Of a stretch of DNA of 64,000 bases, positions 47,757 to 59,721 are shown in pieces. This DNA comes from Cirrosporium novae-zelandiae. Its lineage: Eukaryota. The notes under the pieces were generated by a model. That model searched no databases, was not told the DNA's origin, and was given only the letters and a program-made list of their open reading frames with translations. The stretch spans positions 806,001 to 870,000 of the forward strand of contig JAPETS010000005.1 of the NCBI GenBank assembly GCA_026023565.1, read 5' to 3'. How positions within the stretch are numbered: position 1 is the stretch's first letter; each line of letters opens with the position of its first letter. The position numbers and the translations under genes are program-made.

Positions 47757-49420
47757 CTTTCAATTATTACCGCTACATGGATTAGGTTCTCGGATTCGCT
47801 TTCAAAGGTATAGCTGGAGGCATTGGCCTTGCATCTGAAGATACCAACGCATACAGAATACATAACTTACCGATACATTTATAAGAATACCCCCTACTAA
47901 GATATAACCAGTATGGAGTTTCACCAAGAGCAAGTCTTCTGGTTATTATTCCGCAATACAGTCGGAAAGACTGTGTATAAGAGCATATGCACCCACAATG
48001 GCGAATACTAGAATTGGTCAAACTACGTTTCTCGCTTTCCTTGAGACATTTGATCAAGCCAGTGAGGCCGCACCATGGCTCTCAGCTACACACCTAGCCT
48101 TCTTTGCAATGACACTTCTACCACATGGAAGTCTACGGCAGTTTCAATTGCCATTCAAATTCTAGTCAAACTTGCTATAGAGACACATAGCAGATCAAGG
48201 TATGATTTATCTTCACAGATCCTAGTTATCAAACCATTCGTTAATATTCATATCCAGGACAAATACCTTTCTTGACAGAATCAACGACGGATTATTTCGC
48301 CCCTAGGGCCTCTACTTTCCACTTGGGACTCCAAATCGGCCGAAACTCACACTTCAGTCAATCTCGCATCAACAATACCTTCGTCCACCCAACCTACTGC
48401 ACTAGGTGCAGAAAAGCTCAGGCGCAACTTATGTACCTCAAGCGGTAAAACATGTGATGACCTAATACCCCCAAGATTATTCCATTGAGATTTTCCGGAC
48501 TTGATGATTCGGCTACGCAAAGAGGCAAAGAAGCCGTCAAAAGCAGAATAAATTTAAGAAAGGACAAGTCTTTGCTGATGGTTACTGGGATCAGAGAACG
48601 TGAATGAAATACGGATATATTGTTGAATTACAGGGGAATCTCTAGCAAGGGCCAACTCAATGTGGAGTTGATCCTAGTTCATAAGGGAATTCCAAAGCCT
48701 TATATACCTGATTCCGATCAGATATTCGAACTGAACCGAGCGCATTATTTGTGCATTTGTGGCGTATGCAACTGAAGACGTGTTATTCCCCTCAACCTAC
48801 TTCCAGGGAGTAATCGTTATTGTCTGCACTCGCTCTGGTCATTCGTGAAAGTGCTAGAAGATGGCTGTAGCTCCTATATTTCTGACATGCTTTATCTCCA
48901 GTGATTCTATCTCTCAATTTTTATCGCTACTATTGACTTGGATCCCAGAATTCTACCAAGAATCTAGATACCTTATTAGCCGAGACGCTAAAGCCCAAGT
49001 TCACGTCGAGATATGCCGACCCGAGTCACCCTGTGAACAGCAGTTCACTCCTTTCCCTTGTCATAGGTGGACATGTAAACCCACCTTCATTGGATGGAGG
49101 GGGTGGGTTAGGAATACCAGGAGATGGCGGAAGGGGTCTGGGAAGAAGACCGAGTGGGGTTTGTGGTGAATTAAGCGAGTTAGGGAGCAGTGGAGGAGGA
49201 AGGAGTGGAGGACTGGTAGTAGCAGGGATAAAAAATCGTTAAAGAAGGTAAGTTATCAACATCTTTTACTGCAACTATACCAACACTGTTAACCAATTAG
49301 AGTATCTTGTATCTCATGATAGTCAATATGGCTATTGGTGAAGAAATAGCCGAGGTAGAAAAAACTGTCACACAACTAGATGAACCGCGTCACTATTTTT
49401 CTATGTTTTTATTTAGAATT
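47757..49420 (+). pseudogene. Pseudogene of a conserved uncharacterised fungal family
   Basis: Colinear blocks across broken frames: GIAGGIGLASE, VIIPQ, IRAYAP..IGQTTFLAFLETFDQASEAAPW, TNTFLDRINDGLFRP, FTSRYADPSHPVNSSSLLSLVIGG, ILYLMIVNM. Multiple stops and frameshifts. Confidence 0.7.
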
Positions 49421-49567
49421 AAGTTCTGATTTAATTGGCGCTAGGAGTAGAAATGTCCCGATGAAGGATCCGTCACGTGATATGCAAGGCCTGTTGCTGC
49501 CTGGAAACAAAATATACACAATGAATCAATGAATGGGACCATCTATGGCCTCAGCTTATCCGCAATT

Positions 49568-51061
49568 ATGGAAAGTCGGGTAGAAAATACATCACAGCCG
49601 AAGTCCAAGGTTGTTCGGCGTTATCATAGGAAATCCCGAACTGGCTGCCAAAGATGTAGAGCTCGTCGAGTAAAAGTAAGTCTGCACATCAATCAATAAT
49701 GATAAACCATAAATGATATGCACCGATGTGCGTCAGCGATAAAACGTGGTGATTAATCTCTGCCATAGTGCGACGAAACACGGCCCGTTTGCCTAAACTG
49801 TAATCGCCATCTGGTACCTTGCATTTATAACAGTCCCACAGTAAGCTCAGCAAAAACAGCAGAGCAATCAAAGGACCATGACGGGACTCTCAATTGCACG
49901 GTCAATCCAAACCTACTACCCGAGAACGGTGGCAATCCATCTTCAACCCTCCCAACTCTAGCCCACAATGGGACTAGATCCGAGGTCATTCCTTCTACCA
50001 ACATCAACGATGCCAACGCCTTCGATTTCCCAGAATCCGAATCCAGACGTTTGCTCGAGCTCCGTCTCCTCCACCATTACCTAACAAATCTGAGCCAACC
50101 CTTTCCTGTCCCCCAATCCGCCGCTGTGCGAGCAGTATGGTCGGTCGAAGTTCCCAAAATGGCATTCCAGCACAGCAACATCTTATACACCTTGTTCACC
50201 ACAGCGGTGCTGAATCTCCTCAGAACCGATGCAAACAACGCCGAACTAATTGCGGCACGCCAGTACTATTTAGATCTGGCACTACGCGAGCACCGTAAAG
50301 CTGTTTCCCAGCTCAGCAGCAAAAACGCTGATGCCGTCTGCCTTGCCTCGATAATGATTCTCATCGATGCCGTCGCGGCGCTGCACGTGCGTGTCATAGA
50401 GCCGTACTCGCCGCCAACGGAGTGGCTGCAGATGGGCCGAGGTGCGGGGTCGGTGTTCAAGGCCGCGTTAAACATTGCCAAAGCCGACGAGACGGCAAAA
50501 GTCATGATTATCCTCAAGGCTCCGCCGGTATTCGACGAATCCAGCATCGTCTACACCGAAGAAGACCGTCGGGAGTTCTTAGGGCTACTAAACCCGGACA
50601 TCCCCACCTCAACCGGGTCTTCTTGCACCCCCTCCTCCTCCTCCTCCTCCTCCCCCCCTTCCTCGTCATCATTCTCATCCTCCTCCCCATCATCCCCACC
50701 CTCAGAAATCTGGGACACCGAAACCCGGACAACCTACGAAAAAACCCTCAGCTACATCGGCTCCATCCACCACGCCATCCTCCTCAACAACGAACCCGTC
50801 TTTGCCATCCACCGCCGCCTCATGGGCTTCGCCCTCCTAGTACCGAACCAGTTCATAGAGTTTGTTGAGCAGCGCCGCCCGCGGGCCCTGGTGGTGCTGG
50901 CCCATTATTTTGCGGTGGCGGCCAGGACCACGCCGATTTGGTACTTTGGGGATACGATTGGGAGGGAGATTTTGGGGATTTGGGGGATCTTGCCTGAGGG
51001 GGGGTGGAGGGCGTGCATGGAGTGGCCGTTGAGGATGGCGGGGTTGAAGGTGCCGCTGTAG
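49568..51061 (+). CDS. Zn(II)2Cys6 transcription factor (Upc2-like architecture; intron 49676-49768)
   Basis: HRKSRTGCQRCRARRVK|CDETRPVCLNCNRHLVPC, then LELRLLHHY and RPRALVVLAHY; poly-Ser insert. Confidence 0.95.
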
Positions 51062-51433
51062 GAAGAAGGAGGGAGGGGGGAGGGGGGGTCGGATAAGGGA
51101 ATGTTATATACGTGTAGAAGGAATGGAAGGGGGGGAGTAGAGGAAAGATGGAGGGAGGGGGGGGGGTGTTAATACCATTTTAAAATACTTACCAAGGGTG
51201 TTACTTTATTCTTTATTTTCCAGTTTCCCCAGCTGGCTAGCTAGATCTAAACTAAATTAAATTAACCATTCATTGTATATTACATATTGTACAGTACAGT
51301 ATATTAGACCCCGACCCCGACCGATCTGGTCCCTTCCCTGAATATCCCAACCAACCCCCCTCCCCCTTTTTTTCTTTTTTTGTTTTTTTCTTATTCCCTC
51401 CCCTTCCCTTTCCTCTTCTTAGCTTCAGGTAAA

Positions 51434-51634
51434 GTGAACTGTATAAACTCCCCCCCCCCCAAAAAAAAAAAAAATTGTGCATAGGATGGTGGGAGGAGGG
51501 GGAGGTTAATACCCAACCAACTATAAATAATCCTTTATTTACTTAACCCACATAGCCTATATTCTCAACTTGGATGAACTTGTATAAACCTAAAAGCCCC
51601 CCCCCCCCAAAAAAAAAAAAAAAAATTGTGCATA
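51434..51634. repeat. Direct repeat pair containing poly-C/poly-A runs
   Basis: TGAACT(T)GTATAAAC..Cn An TTGTGCATA at about 51434-51483 and 51575-51634. Confidence 0.85.
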
Positions 51635-53210
51635 CTATGAAAGAATTGGCGTTTTTTTTTTCGCTACCTGAGGCATCAGCGCTACTACGGTCTAGGGGAT
51701 TATTTTCTAGTTGTCAAGGGTTTTGATTTCTAAAAAGCCTAAGGATTCAGGCTCTCTCAGCCCTATCCTTTTCAGGCTAGTCTGATCCTTGCAGGCTTAT
51801 ATATATATAATATAGATTTCCTAGGTTTCTAGAACCTAAGGGCAGAACAACTAGAGAATAAAGCACCGAAGAATTCACCCCAGATAGATTAATCCGCAGA
51901 CAGACAAGTATAAAAACACTTTTGTCCGATTTAATAATTTCTTGTTCCCCCTTGCCTTAAGGCTTCTTCTATCAAGCCTAGTTTCTATCCTCAACTCAAC
52001 TGCCTATTATACAACGCCCAAACCTACTAACTCTTTCATACTATATTAAACCTACCTATAAAAAAAAAAAACCCTTGATAAACCGAATAAGGAATCTCCC
52101 CCAAACTACTTGTTTCTTCCACCCACCCACCCACCCTTAGAGTCCCAATCCTATTACCACCACTGCTACTACTATCACCCCTTTAATTTTAATACTCCCC
52201 AATAACAAACAACTGCCTCTATCAAACCTAATATCCAACATCCAACAAACAATATCATATTTTATCTCAACCCTTCACCTGCTTCCCTTTTCCCTACATC
52301 CTATTATACTCCTATAACCAAGTTTGCGTTAGCATATATATATTGAAAAAAAAACAAAAAAGAGAAAGGGGAAAAGGGGGATTGCCGAATGGAAAGAATG
52401 AATGGGGGGTCTGAGGTGGTAGTGCTGGGCGTACTAGGGGTGTTTTTAGGGTGTTAGGGTGCTTATATGGATTTTAAAGGAAAGGGGGGGATGAAGGTAT
52501 GAAGGTATGGGATAGGAGTCAGGGATGGGGGGGATAGGATGGAGGTAGGAGAGGGGTTGGTGGTTATCCATTTAGTTATCCCAAGTGGTCATCTTAAGTG
52601 ATTAGATAAGTTCCAGTTATAAAGAAAAGGAAAAGAAAAGAAAATACTTGGTACGTAACTGCATGCAATTTGTATAAAGGTTTTCTTCGAGAACGCGGTA
52701 AATTAAAAATTCGGAACCTTATTGTTAGAAGAAATGGCATATTGCTTTCCCACCCTTTCTTCTTCTTCTTCTTCTTCTTCGATTTTCGTTTAGGTTCTTT
52801 ATGAGTTGTCAGAGTACCCCTATACCAAATTCCGCTTCCTGATAAAAACATCACACTAGGGCTATTGGATGATTATGTTCTGAATCTCGAATCCCTACGA
52901 AGTGATGTTTCCCTATGCCGGTAGAACCAAATCCAATAAAGAAAAGAAGAAAAAAAACCAGACTCATCGTTCCAATATCCTTCGTCCGTTAAATGAGTGA
53001 AACAGACACACATAATCAATCGCCGAGCCAAGATATACCTCACGCAGCAGCTCATCAAAAAAATACGCAAATCAGATTCTTCCTATTTCGTCCTGCCCTG
53101 TTGTTTGGAATTGTTTCTCTTTGAAGCCGAACTATGCTACCATCAAAGGTGAGCAGAGAGGGTGCGTATCGGCTAAACGCATGTTGTCCAGATGTGCCCG
53201 TGCTAAACTT

Positions 53211-53540
53211 CTAACACAAGTACCCCATATACCCACCGGGTTCGGATCCATCAGGTCCTCCACCTGGAGCACACCGAGTGCACTTCTCGCACACTGCGTG
53301 GTCGTTGTGTGCTAGCGATTGACATATTTTCCATACATTTTTCTTTCTGCATGCTTTGCAATTATATAGCCAGTGTTCACTGTTTGCGTGCTCGTACACA
53401 TTGCAGAATCCTTTGAGTCTCGAATCTCCTGACATTATGTCGGTACCTAGAATAAATGGTTCATTATTATATAGAAATTGAAGTCGTGGAACCTAACCTC
53501 GTTGTATGTTGCAAGGCAATTTTATGGCAGTTATAGACAT
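53211..53540 (-). CDS. Cys/His-rich microprotein (74 aa from ATG 53435, or 92 aa with exon 53498-53540)
   Basis: 8 Cys and 4 His including CKAC and CEKC. A GTTAGG...TAG intron at 53447-53497 joins an in-frame upstream ATG. Confidence 0.55.
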
Positions 53541-53694
53541 GCGAAAATAATAGCTATCTCAAAAATATAGGTAAGATCAAGATCCTGTTCAGTTGAAACG
53601 TCACGATTGCATGATATAGAGGCTGAATCAAACGATGGTTATATACTCGGGGTTGTAGATGCATTTTGATACTTCATCAAATGTACTGGTTCGA

Positions 53695-53839
53695 CAGCAC
53701 CTGTTATACTCAGCACCTGTTGGATCCAGCACCTGTTTTCTATTCAATATTTGTCATAGACTCAGCACCTGATTTCCACTCGGAATTTGTCGGACTTAGT
53801 ATCTATTGCGGATTTGGCAGCTATTAGGCTCAGCACCTA
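53695..53839. promoter_or_regulatory. Cluster of CAGCACCTG motifs
   Basis: Copies at 53695, 53711, 53727, 53763 and a variant at 53831, upstream of the 53211-53540 gene. Confidence 0.6.
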
Positions 53840-54158
53840 TCAGACGAAGTAACAGTACAACCACCCGCAATTTGGTAATTTGCACAGCAACCATACTGCC
53901 CAGTGTATTCGTGGAGCTCTCTGGCTTGTTGCTTCGGGCGTGGGATCTTTCAATACTTAATCTCTTCAAAAGCTGGGTTGACTACTATCTATGAAATTCT
54001 AAATTCCAATCAGAGTCATGTTCATTACCATACGGAGATTGTTTGGGTCTATGGCTATACTTGATTTTCAATAAGAAACACAAAAATTCTTATTCCTAAT
54101 AAGCAAGTAAGTACCTTTGAATATCAAGAAAATCTTGGTCTTTTACCCTTCTCTGTAA

Positions 54159-54439
54159 CTATTCGTGGCCAATCTGGGACTGCTCCTTACCACAGAGAGA
54201 ACAATGACCACTAAAAAGGGTTAGCATCAAGCAGACTCTTCTAGATTTGAAGGCTGACTCTCCTTTTTCCTTCTCTTGTCTGGAGAGCTCCCTTGCACAC
54301 GTTAGACATTTAATTCCGACTGTTGGTGCGTCGCGTCTTAGTGTTGGTGGTTTCTTAGAAGATTGGCTCCTCTGATGAGGTGGATTGTCTGTGATAATAT
54401 TAGATAATGACGTCCCAAACACATTATGATCTTACCCAT
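54159..54439 (-). CDS. 61-aa zinc-ribbon-like microprotein (3 exons)
   Basis: ATGG|GTAAGA..CTAAT..CAG intron 54389-54435 and GTCAGC..GCTAAC..TAG intron 54211-54258. Product has CLTC-x15-CSLC. Confidence 0.6.
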
Positions 54440-54862
54440 GACGAATGTGGAAGATTCTATAGTAGAGATAACGATTATCTATACTCAAATATATACACTT
54501 TTTAAAATCTATCGTCTCGTTTCCATCTTGAGTATTGAATATTAAACAGGTGCTAAACCGAACATGAATCAAGGTTAATGATATCTGACGACAGTAACCA
54601 CAAACAGAGCTGGAATATTACAAACAACGTTGTGATGTATTTATTTATTTTTTCAGCATGGTGACATCTCTTGTTGGGGGACCAGTATGGAAGATGTAAG
54701 AAGGATGCTCATTATTCTATGAAGGAGAAATTCCTTCAGTACCCCTCAAGGGGTCCGTGCCTTCAACTAAACAAACATAGCAAACAAGACTAATCCGTAA
54801 CATCTCTAGACTAGTCTACTGAATATTGATCAGAAACAAGTGTGGACTAATTACCTGCTATT

Positions 54863-57039
54863 CTAATCCCCAGAATTGGAAATTTCCAACCAATCTCTCA
54901 CCTTGATCTCAGATATTTTTCGACGACTAAGATTCTTAGCAAACGTCTCATTTTCTCCATCTATCGTGTTCATGTTGCAAGGGGAACTATCTAAGTCACT
55001 CAATGTGGGAGGTTCTTTGGATGGACTTGAACTTTCACTGTCGGTATATATTCGCAGCCACTTGTCGTAGTATACATCCTCATGAGGGTGACCTTCACCA
55101 TTGACTGTAACCCAATTAAATATTTGACGTGATGCCCGACAGGAAGCATCATCTGTGTATAGGGACGTCTCAATAGGAATCCTTGGGTTTGTATTTTCCT
55201 TATTGAAACTATTTGAGTCACATGGAAAGTCATCAAATGCGTTCCCATGAAGTCCTTGATCAGATAGGATTGAACCGTCAGCTAAATTCCAAGACCAGGA
55301 TTTGTAATCTAAAAAGTGTCTCTTGCATTGGGCATGAATTCTGACCCGATCCGCAGAGTTCCATAGAGTAGTTGTACCAGGGGGCTCCCAGGGTGCAAAT
55401 GGACGACTCTTATAGTATAAATCATCATCAATAACAGTAGGCAAATGGAGAAGGCGCCAAACATCTGCTCTTCGAATACTTTCGGAATGGAAATATGGCC
55501 CTGAGCCTGGAATATCCATGAAAGATTGTGGACAGCCAGTCCAAGCAACAGCGATAGGGTCGAGTGGCGGTGTACCACTTTTGACAAACTTGAGAATCAA
55601 CGGTATTAGTTCACAAATAGCTGCCCCTAACCAAAGGGCGGCGAGCTTTGGGCAGCGAATTGCACATATAATAGCGATGATTTCATCATAACGGCTTTGA
55701 ATATCGGTTATTTCTTTCATAGCCAAAATCTCGTTTAATATGGGATGCAGCCACGGGCTAACAAGATTGCAGGGGATACCTTGCTGCCAGAACACCCCGC
55801 AGAGACTTGATAAGATACTATATGGAGTGCAGCTCATAGTCATGTAATATGCAAGTGTGTTATCCAACGTGACTATATCAGGTATCATATTGGTGGCAAG
55901 CATCTTTTGATTTTTGGGTAGGCTGACTGTGGTTGGAAAAGGCAATTTCGCCACTGATCTGTTATAGTTGTGAGTTGGAAACATCAAAATCGTTGCTAGA
56001 GCAGCAGAAAACTGGCTGCCAAGATCGTGTAATGCGGTGAATTCCGCAAGAAAACCTAGCGCTTGCTTTGAAGATGGAGGTTTGATATTGGGCTGATTGC
56101 AGGTATAGGACTGCCTTTTTATACGTAAAGGCGGGTTGTGTTTGAGAAATATGGACCAAGGCGCTAGATATGCTCCCTTTTCATGTTGGAGCATGATCGC
56201 TTTCCAGCCTTGGCCAGGTGCTAGGATCGCAGCCCACCACCTAGCAATATACGGTTCAACATCCCCAATATCGATCATGGCAGCGTCAGTAGTTTTATCC
56301 CCATTGGTGTCGCCATACCCATTAACTATTGAACCCGTATATATTACTTCTGCTCCATCTCGGCCTTGTAACTCCACTAAGCGAGTAGAAAGTATGTAAG
56401 ACCAACCAAGAGCTAGAACTGTAATCAGGTTCTCTTTCACGCTGCTTTCCCCTTCGGTTCCAATCCATCTATGGAAATTGGTTCCAGTCAACTCAAGCTG
56501 TGTTGGCTGAAGGATGCCTAGCTGACATATAGCAGGTATTTCTTTGGAATTATCTTCAGGAATGCACTTTCCACTGCCGGATATCTGGAAATTGGATTGT
56601 GCCCAGGTGGTAAGGTGGCTCTCCGGAGACAAATCAAGCTTTGCTCCGTTAGGAATTGCCGGGACCCTATTGAGCATGGCTTGAAGGTTGAGATATTGAG
56701 TTGCAAGGCCATTTTGATGTTGACACAAAGCTCTTTCAGCAAGACTATACCAATATACGCGAGCTTTTTCTATTTCGATCTCAACCTTCCTTTGGCTAGG
56801 TTGAAGGCTCTCATCCGTTTCAGTCTAGTGTTCAAATTTTAGTTGAAAACGAGTCCAGTCCTACATGAGAACAGGGTGACAAGTACCTTGAATGGATATA
56901 AGGAGATAGATCTAGTGCAAAGAGAACCTTCACTCTTCCCCGAAACCGAAGACTGGTTGGGAACGGAGAGCTGTTGATCAAACAAATGTGGTTCTCCCGA
57001 ATCTTCACCGGATATGGCTAAATAATCAGAGGTAGCCAT
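54863..57039 (-). CDS. Uncharacterised fungal protein (2 exons; intron 56825-56886)
   Basis: The intron joins ORF 56839..57039 to the 621-aa ORF in frame. Family-like blocks LGWSYILS.RLVELQG, WWAAILAPGQGW, CNLVSPWL, AVAWTGCPQSF. Confidence 0.85.
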
Positions 57040-57699
57040 TTCATCAACTTTTACAAGTAAAAAAGATAGAAGTTCAATCTAAAGAAGACAAGTTGAGTAT
57101 GAAGGGTTGTAAACCAATACGAATTAGGAACCAAGGTAATGCGCTATTTCATATTGGGAAGGGTTCGTATAATTGATTGCTCTCAGCCCCAACGTCTTCT
57201 GCCAAGCACAAGCCAAGGGTCAGATTTTGGTGGAATGACGACATTGTTCAACCCCAGGTTAACTGTAGTAGTTGCATTAAATGGTCTTGGTACCTTTAAT
57301 TGGTTCAGATTCAGAGGCCGTCACCAATCAGGAGCATCTTAGGAGAAAAAGTAGACTGGGTTATAACAGTGTAACAACTGCAATTCATATTCACTGAACG
57401 CCCTGTTCGTTATTTAATTAGTGAAACCAGATTGGTTTACCAACACAACATGATGTAGACAGGGAATAGAAATTGGTAAATAAATCATCTTCATGACTAT
57501 ATATGAAAATGCATGTGTATTTGATCAATATTATATGCAAAGCTCTGCTGTCTAGGGGTCCGTATGTCAAGCATCGCAAATCCATTAAAATGTTTTGTCA
57601 ATGGTTGTTCGGCAGACTTCCGAGTTCGAAGAGCCAGAGATTCTCTTCGAGAGCATCTACTGTCACTGAGCCTCTCATTGGATCATAGGACAAAATATG

Positions 57700-58459
57700 C
57701 TGAAATGTTTCCCTCCGCTCAGAATGCCTAGAAGCCACCGTATATCTGTCCTACTTGTGATATAACCTGTGGCAGGGTCTCATCATTAAAGACATCTGAC
57801 AAAGCGTAAGCATAGCCTCAGCTGTAGTCATTATATCTAACTTCATTCTAGATGATCCGCGACGGCATATCTGTCCTCACTGCAAGAAGTCTTTTAAACA
57901 TCGGAGATATATTACAGAGCATCTACAAAAGAACCGCTGTAATCAGAGGGGCACCTGGCCATCCTACACAATTGATGATGGCTCTACAAACTTCGATGAA
58001 GGACTTATATCGCAGGAGTTACCTGATTTTTCATTCAAAGCCTTACCACAGAGCCAGTCCCATCCCATAAGAACAGAAACCAGTCATCGAGGGCAAGAAG
58101 ATCCGGAAAATGCAACAAGCAGTCTAGAACATTCATCCCCTACCCCTACTTATGATATGGCCAAAGAGGATTATGTCACATTTTCAACAAACCTCCCAAT
58201 GTCACCGACACATGTTGGAACTTTGAGCAATTTAGCTAAGCCAAGCTATTCAGGAAATATCGGTCATTATCCTCTGGCTACTCTCATTGATACTTATGTA
58301 TCAAATGATTACCTCCAAGGGTCAACAGATTTATCCACAGGCATGAAAAGGTTTGACAGTTCCACTAACGGTCTGACTGACCTGTTTGTCGATATGGAGG
58401 GGAGCAGTGCTATCCCTGATGGTTGGAATAAGCTGTCCGCTAGCATGAAGAGGATTTGA
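57700..58459 (+). pseudogene. Two-finger C2H2 zinc-finger gene with damaged first exon
   Basis: Finger 1 (YICPTCDITCGRVSSLK..HLTK|H) has a frameshift and an upstream in-frame TAG. Intron GTAAGC..CTAAC..TAG at about 57806-57851. Finger 2 (HICPHCKKSFKHRRYITEH) stays open to 58459. Confidence 0.65.
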
Positions 58460-58627
58460 AGCATTGATTTGACTTGCAAAGCATCAGAAAGATCTTATGA
58501 TTTTAATTTATCCAAGCCACTTATAACGCGTGGTAGATAGTCTTAACAATTTGTAACCATCGTGTGATTATCTTTACCGATTGGGAATATTGTAAGATGA
58601 AACAACTCCGCATCAAAAGCCATAGAC

Positions 58628-59172
58628 TTAAGAAGACTCCTCTTCCTTGAACCCTAGAAGGATGATGGCTAGCCTACCCTCTCCTGATAAAGCAAACTTG
58701 CATTGCCCGGAAACAAGAACAATCGGATCTTCTATCCGTATAAAGTCGTCCGTTTTACCATCTTCTGCTTTCAGTGTTATGTCTCCGATGTTGAGGATAG
58801 GAATCACCACCACGAATGAAAATTTGCTAATATCGAAGTTTCCCTTTTGGAGAACATATAACTGCCTATAAGCAGCGTTGACGCAGGTGTTGAAGATACT
58901 GCTCGAGGTAACCTATTCGTATACTTAGTTGATAGGTAATTTAACATGCTGTGGTCGAGTTGTACCTTTGAATAATAATACTCTTGAAAGAACTCCTTAA
59001 TAATTATGTGGCAGCTCGACGACAGGTCCAGTCATGAACAGCTTTCATAGCTTTGTATGGACGAAACCGCGCTGCGAGCTTCTGTTGCAGCTGTGGTGAT
59101 CAAGGTCGGGAAATCATCTTTGGTTTCTATATTGTCGACCAGTTCACATAATTTACTATTACCGTTGGACAT
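58628..59172 (-). pseudogene. Possible decayed orphan gene
   Basis: ATG 59172 frame has an internal TGA, then an intron-like GTACAA..TAG and a frameshift into ORF 58628..58813. No family recognised. Confidence 0.3.
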
Positions 59173-59721
59173 GTTAAATATAGCAAGGTTTGTTGAATCT
59201 TTTGGAGGTAGATGGAATAAAAAGCAAAGCCAAAACATTGAAGATGGATGAAAGAGATGTTGGAGAAAATCCGGAGTCAAAGCATACGAGGGTCTCATTT
59301 ATGTGACACCATCCTTTCCATTGAATTAATTTATATGCAGCAGGGCTACACGGAATTTCAACGGCCCTCACCATTATCGCAAAATCACAACACCAAAAGG
59401 CTGCAATATGAGCGTACAGGTCCAACTATAAAAAATGACCAATACCATTAAAACTTCGACGTCACTCGAGTTTTGTGGCACGTCCGCCAAGTCGCTCGAG
59501 CTAAGCGAATGGTAGGCTGAGATCAATGTCCAATGAATACAAATAGTGGGGTTAGCTCTCCCACGTATCACCGTCATCGGAGACTATCTGAGCTACTTGG
59601 ACGTGGGGTGCACAAACAACAACTACCATGGAGTACTTTCGAAAGTATTATCATAGTGAACACCTTTACTGGAAATTTCGAAAAAAGGCTGGGTCTAAGT
59701 TAGCTACGGCAACAACACAAC

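Noticed and set aside
47757..51061. Secondary-metabolite gene cluster
   Set aside because: No PKS, NRPS, terpene synthase or similar backbone gene in the window.
53695..53839. CRISPR-like array
   Set aside because: Repeats of 9-11 bp with 5-bp spacers in a eukaryote, with no cas genes.
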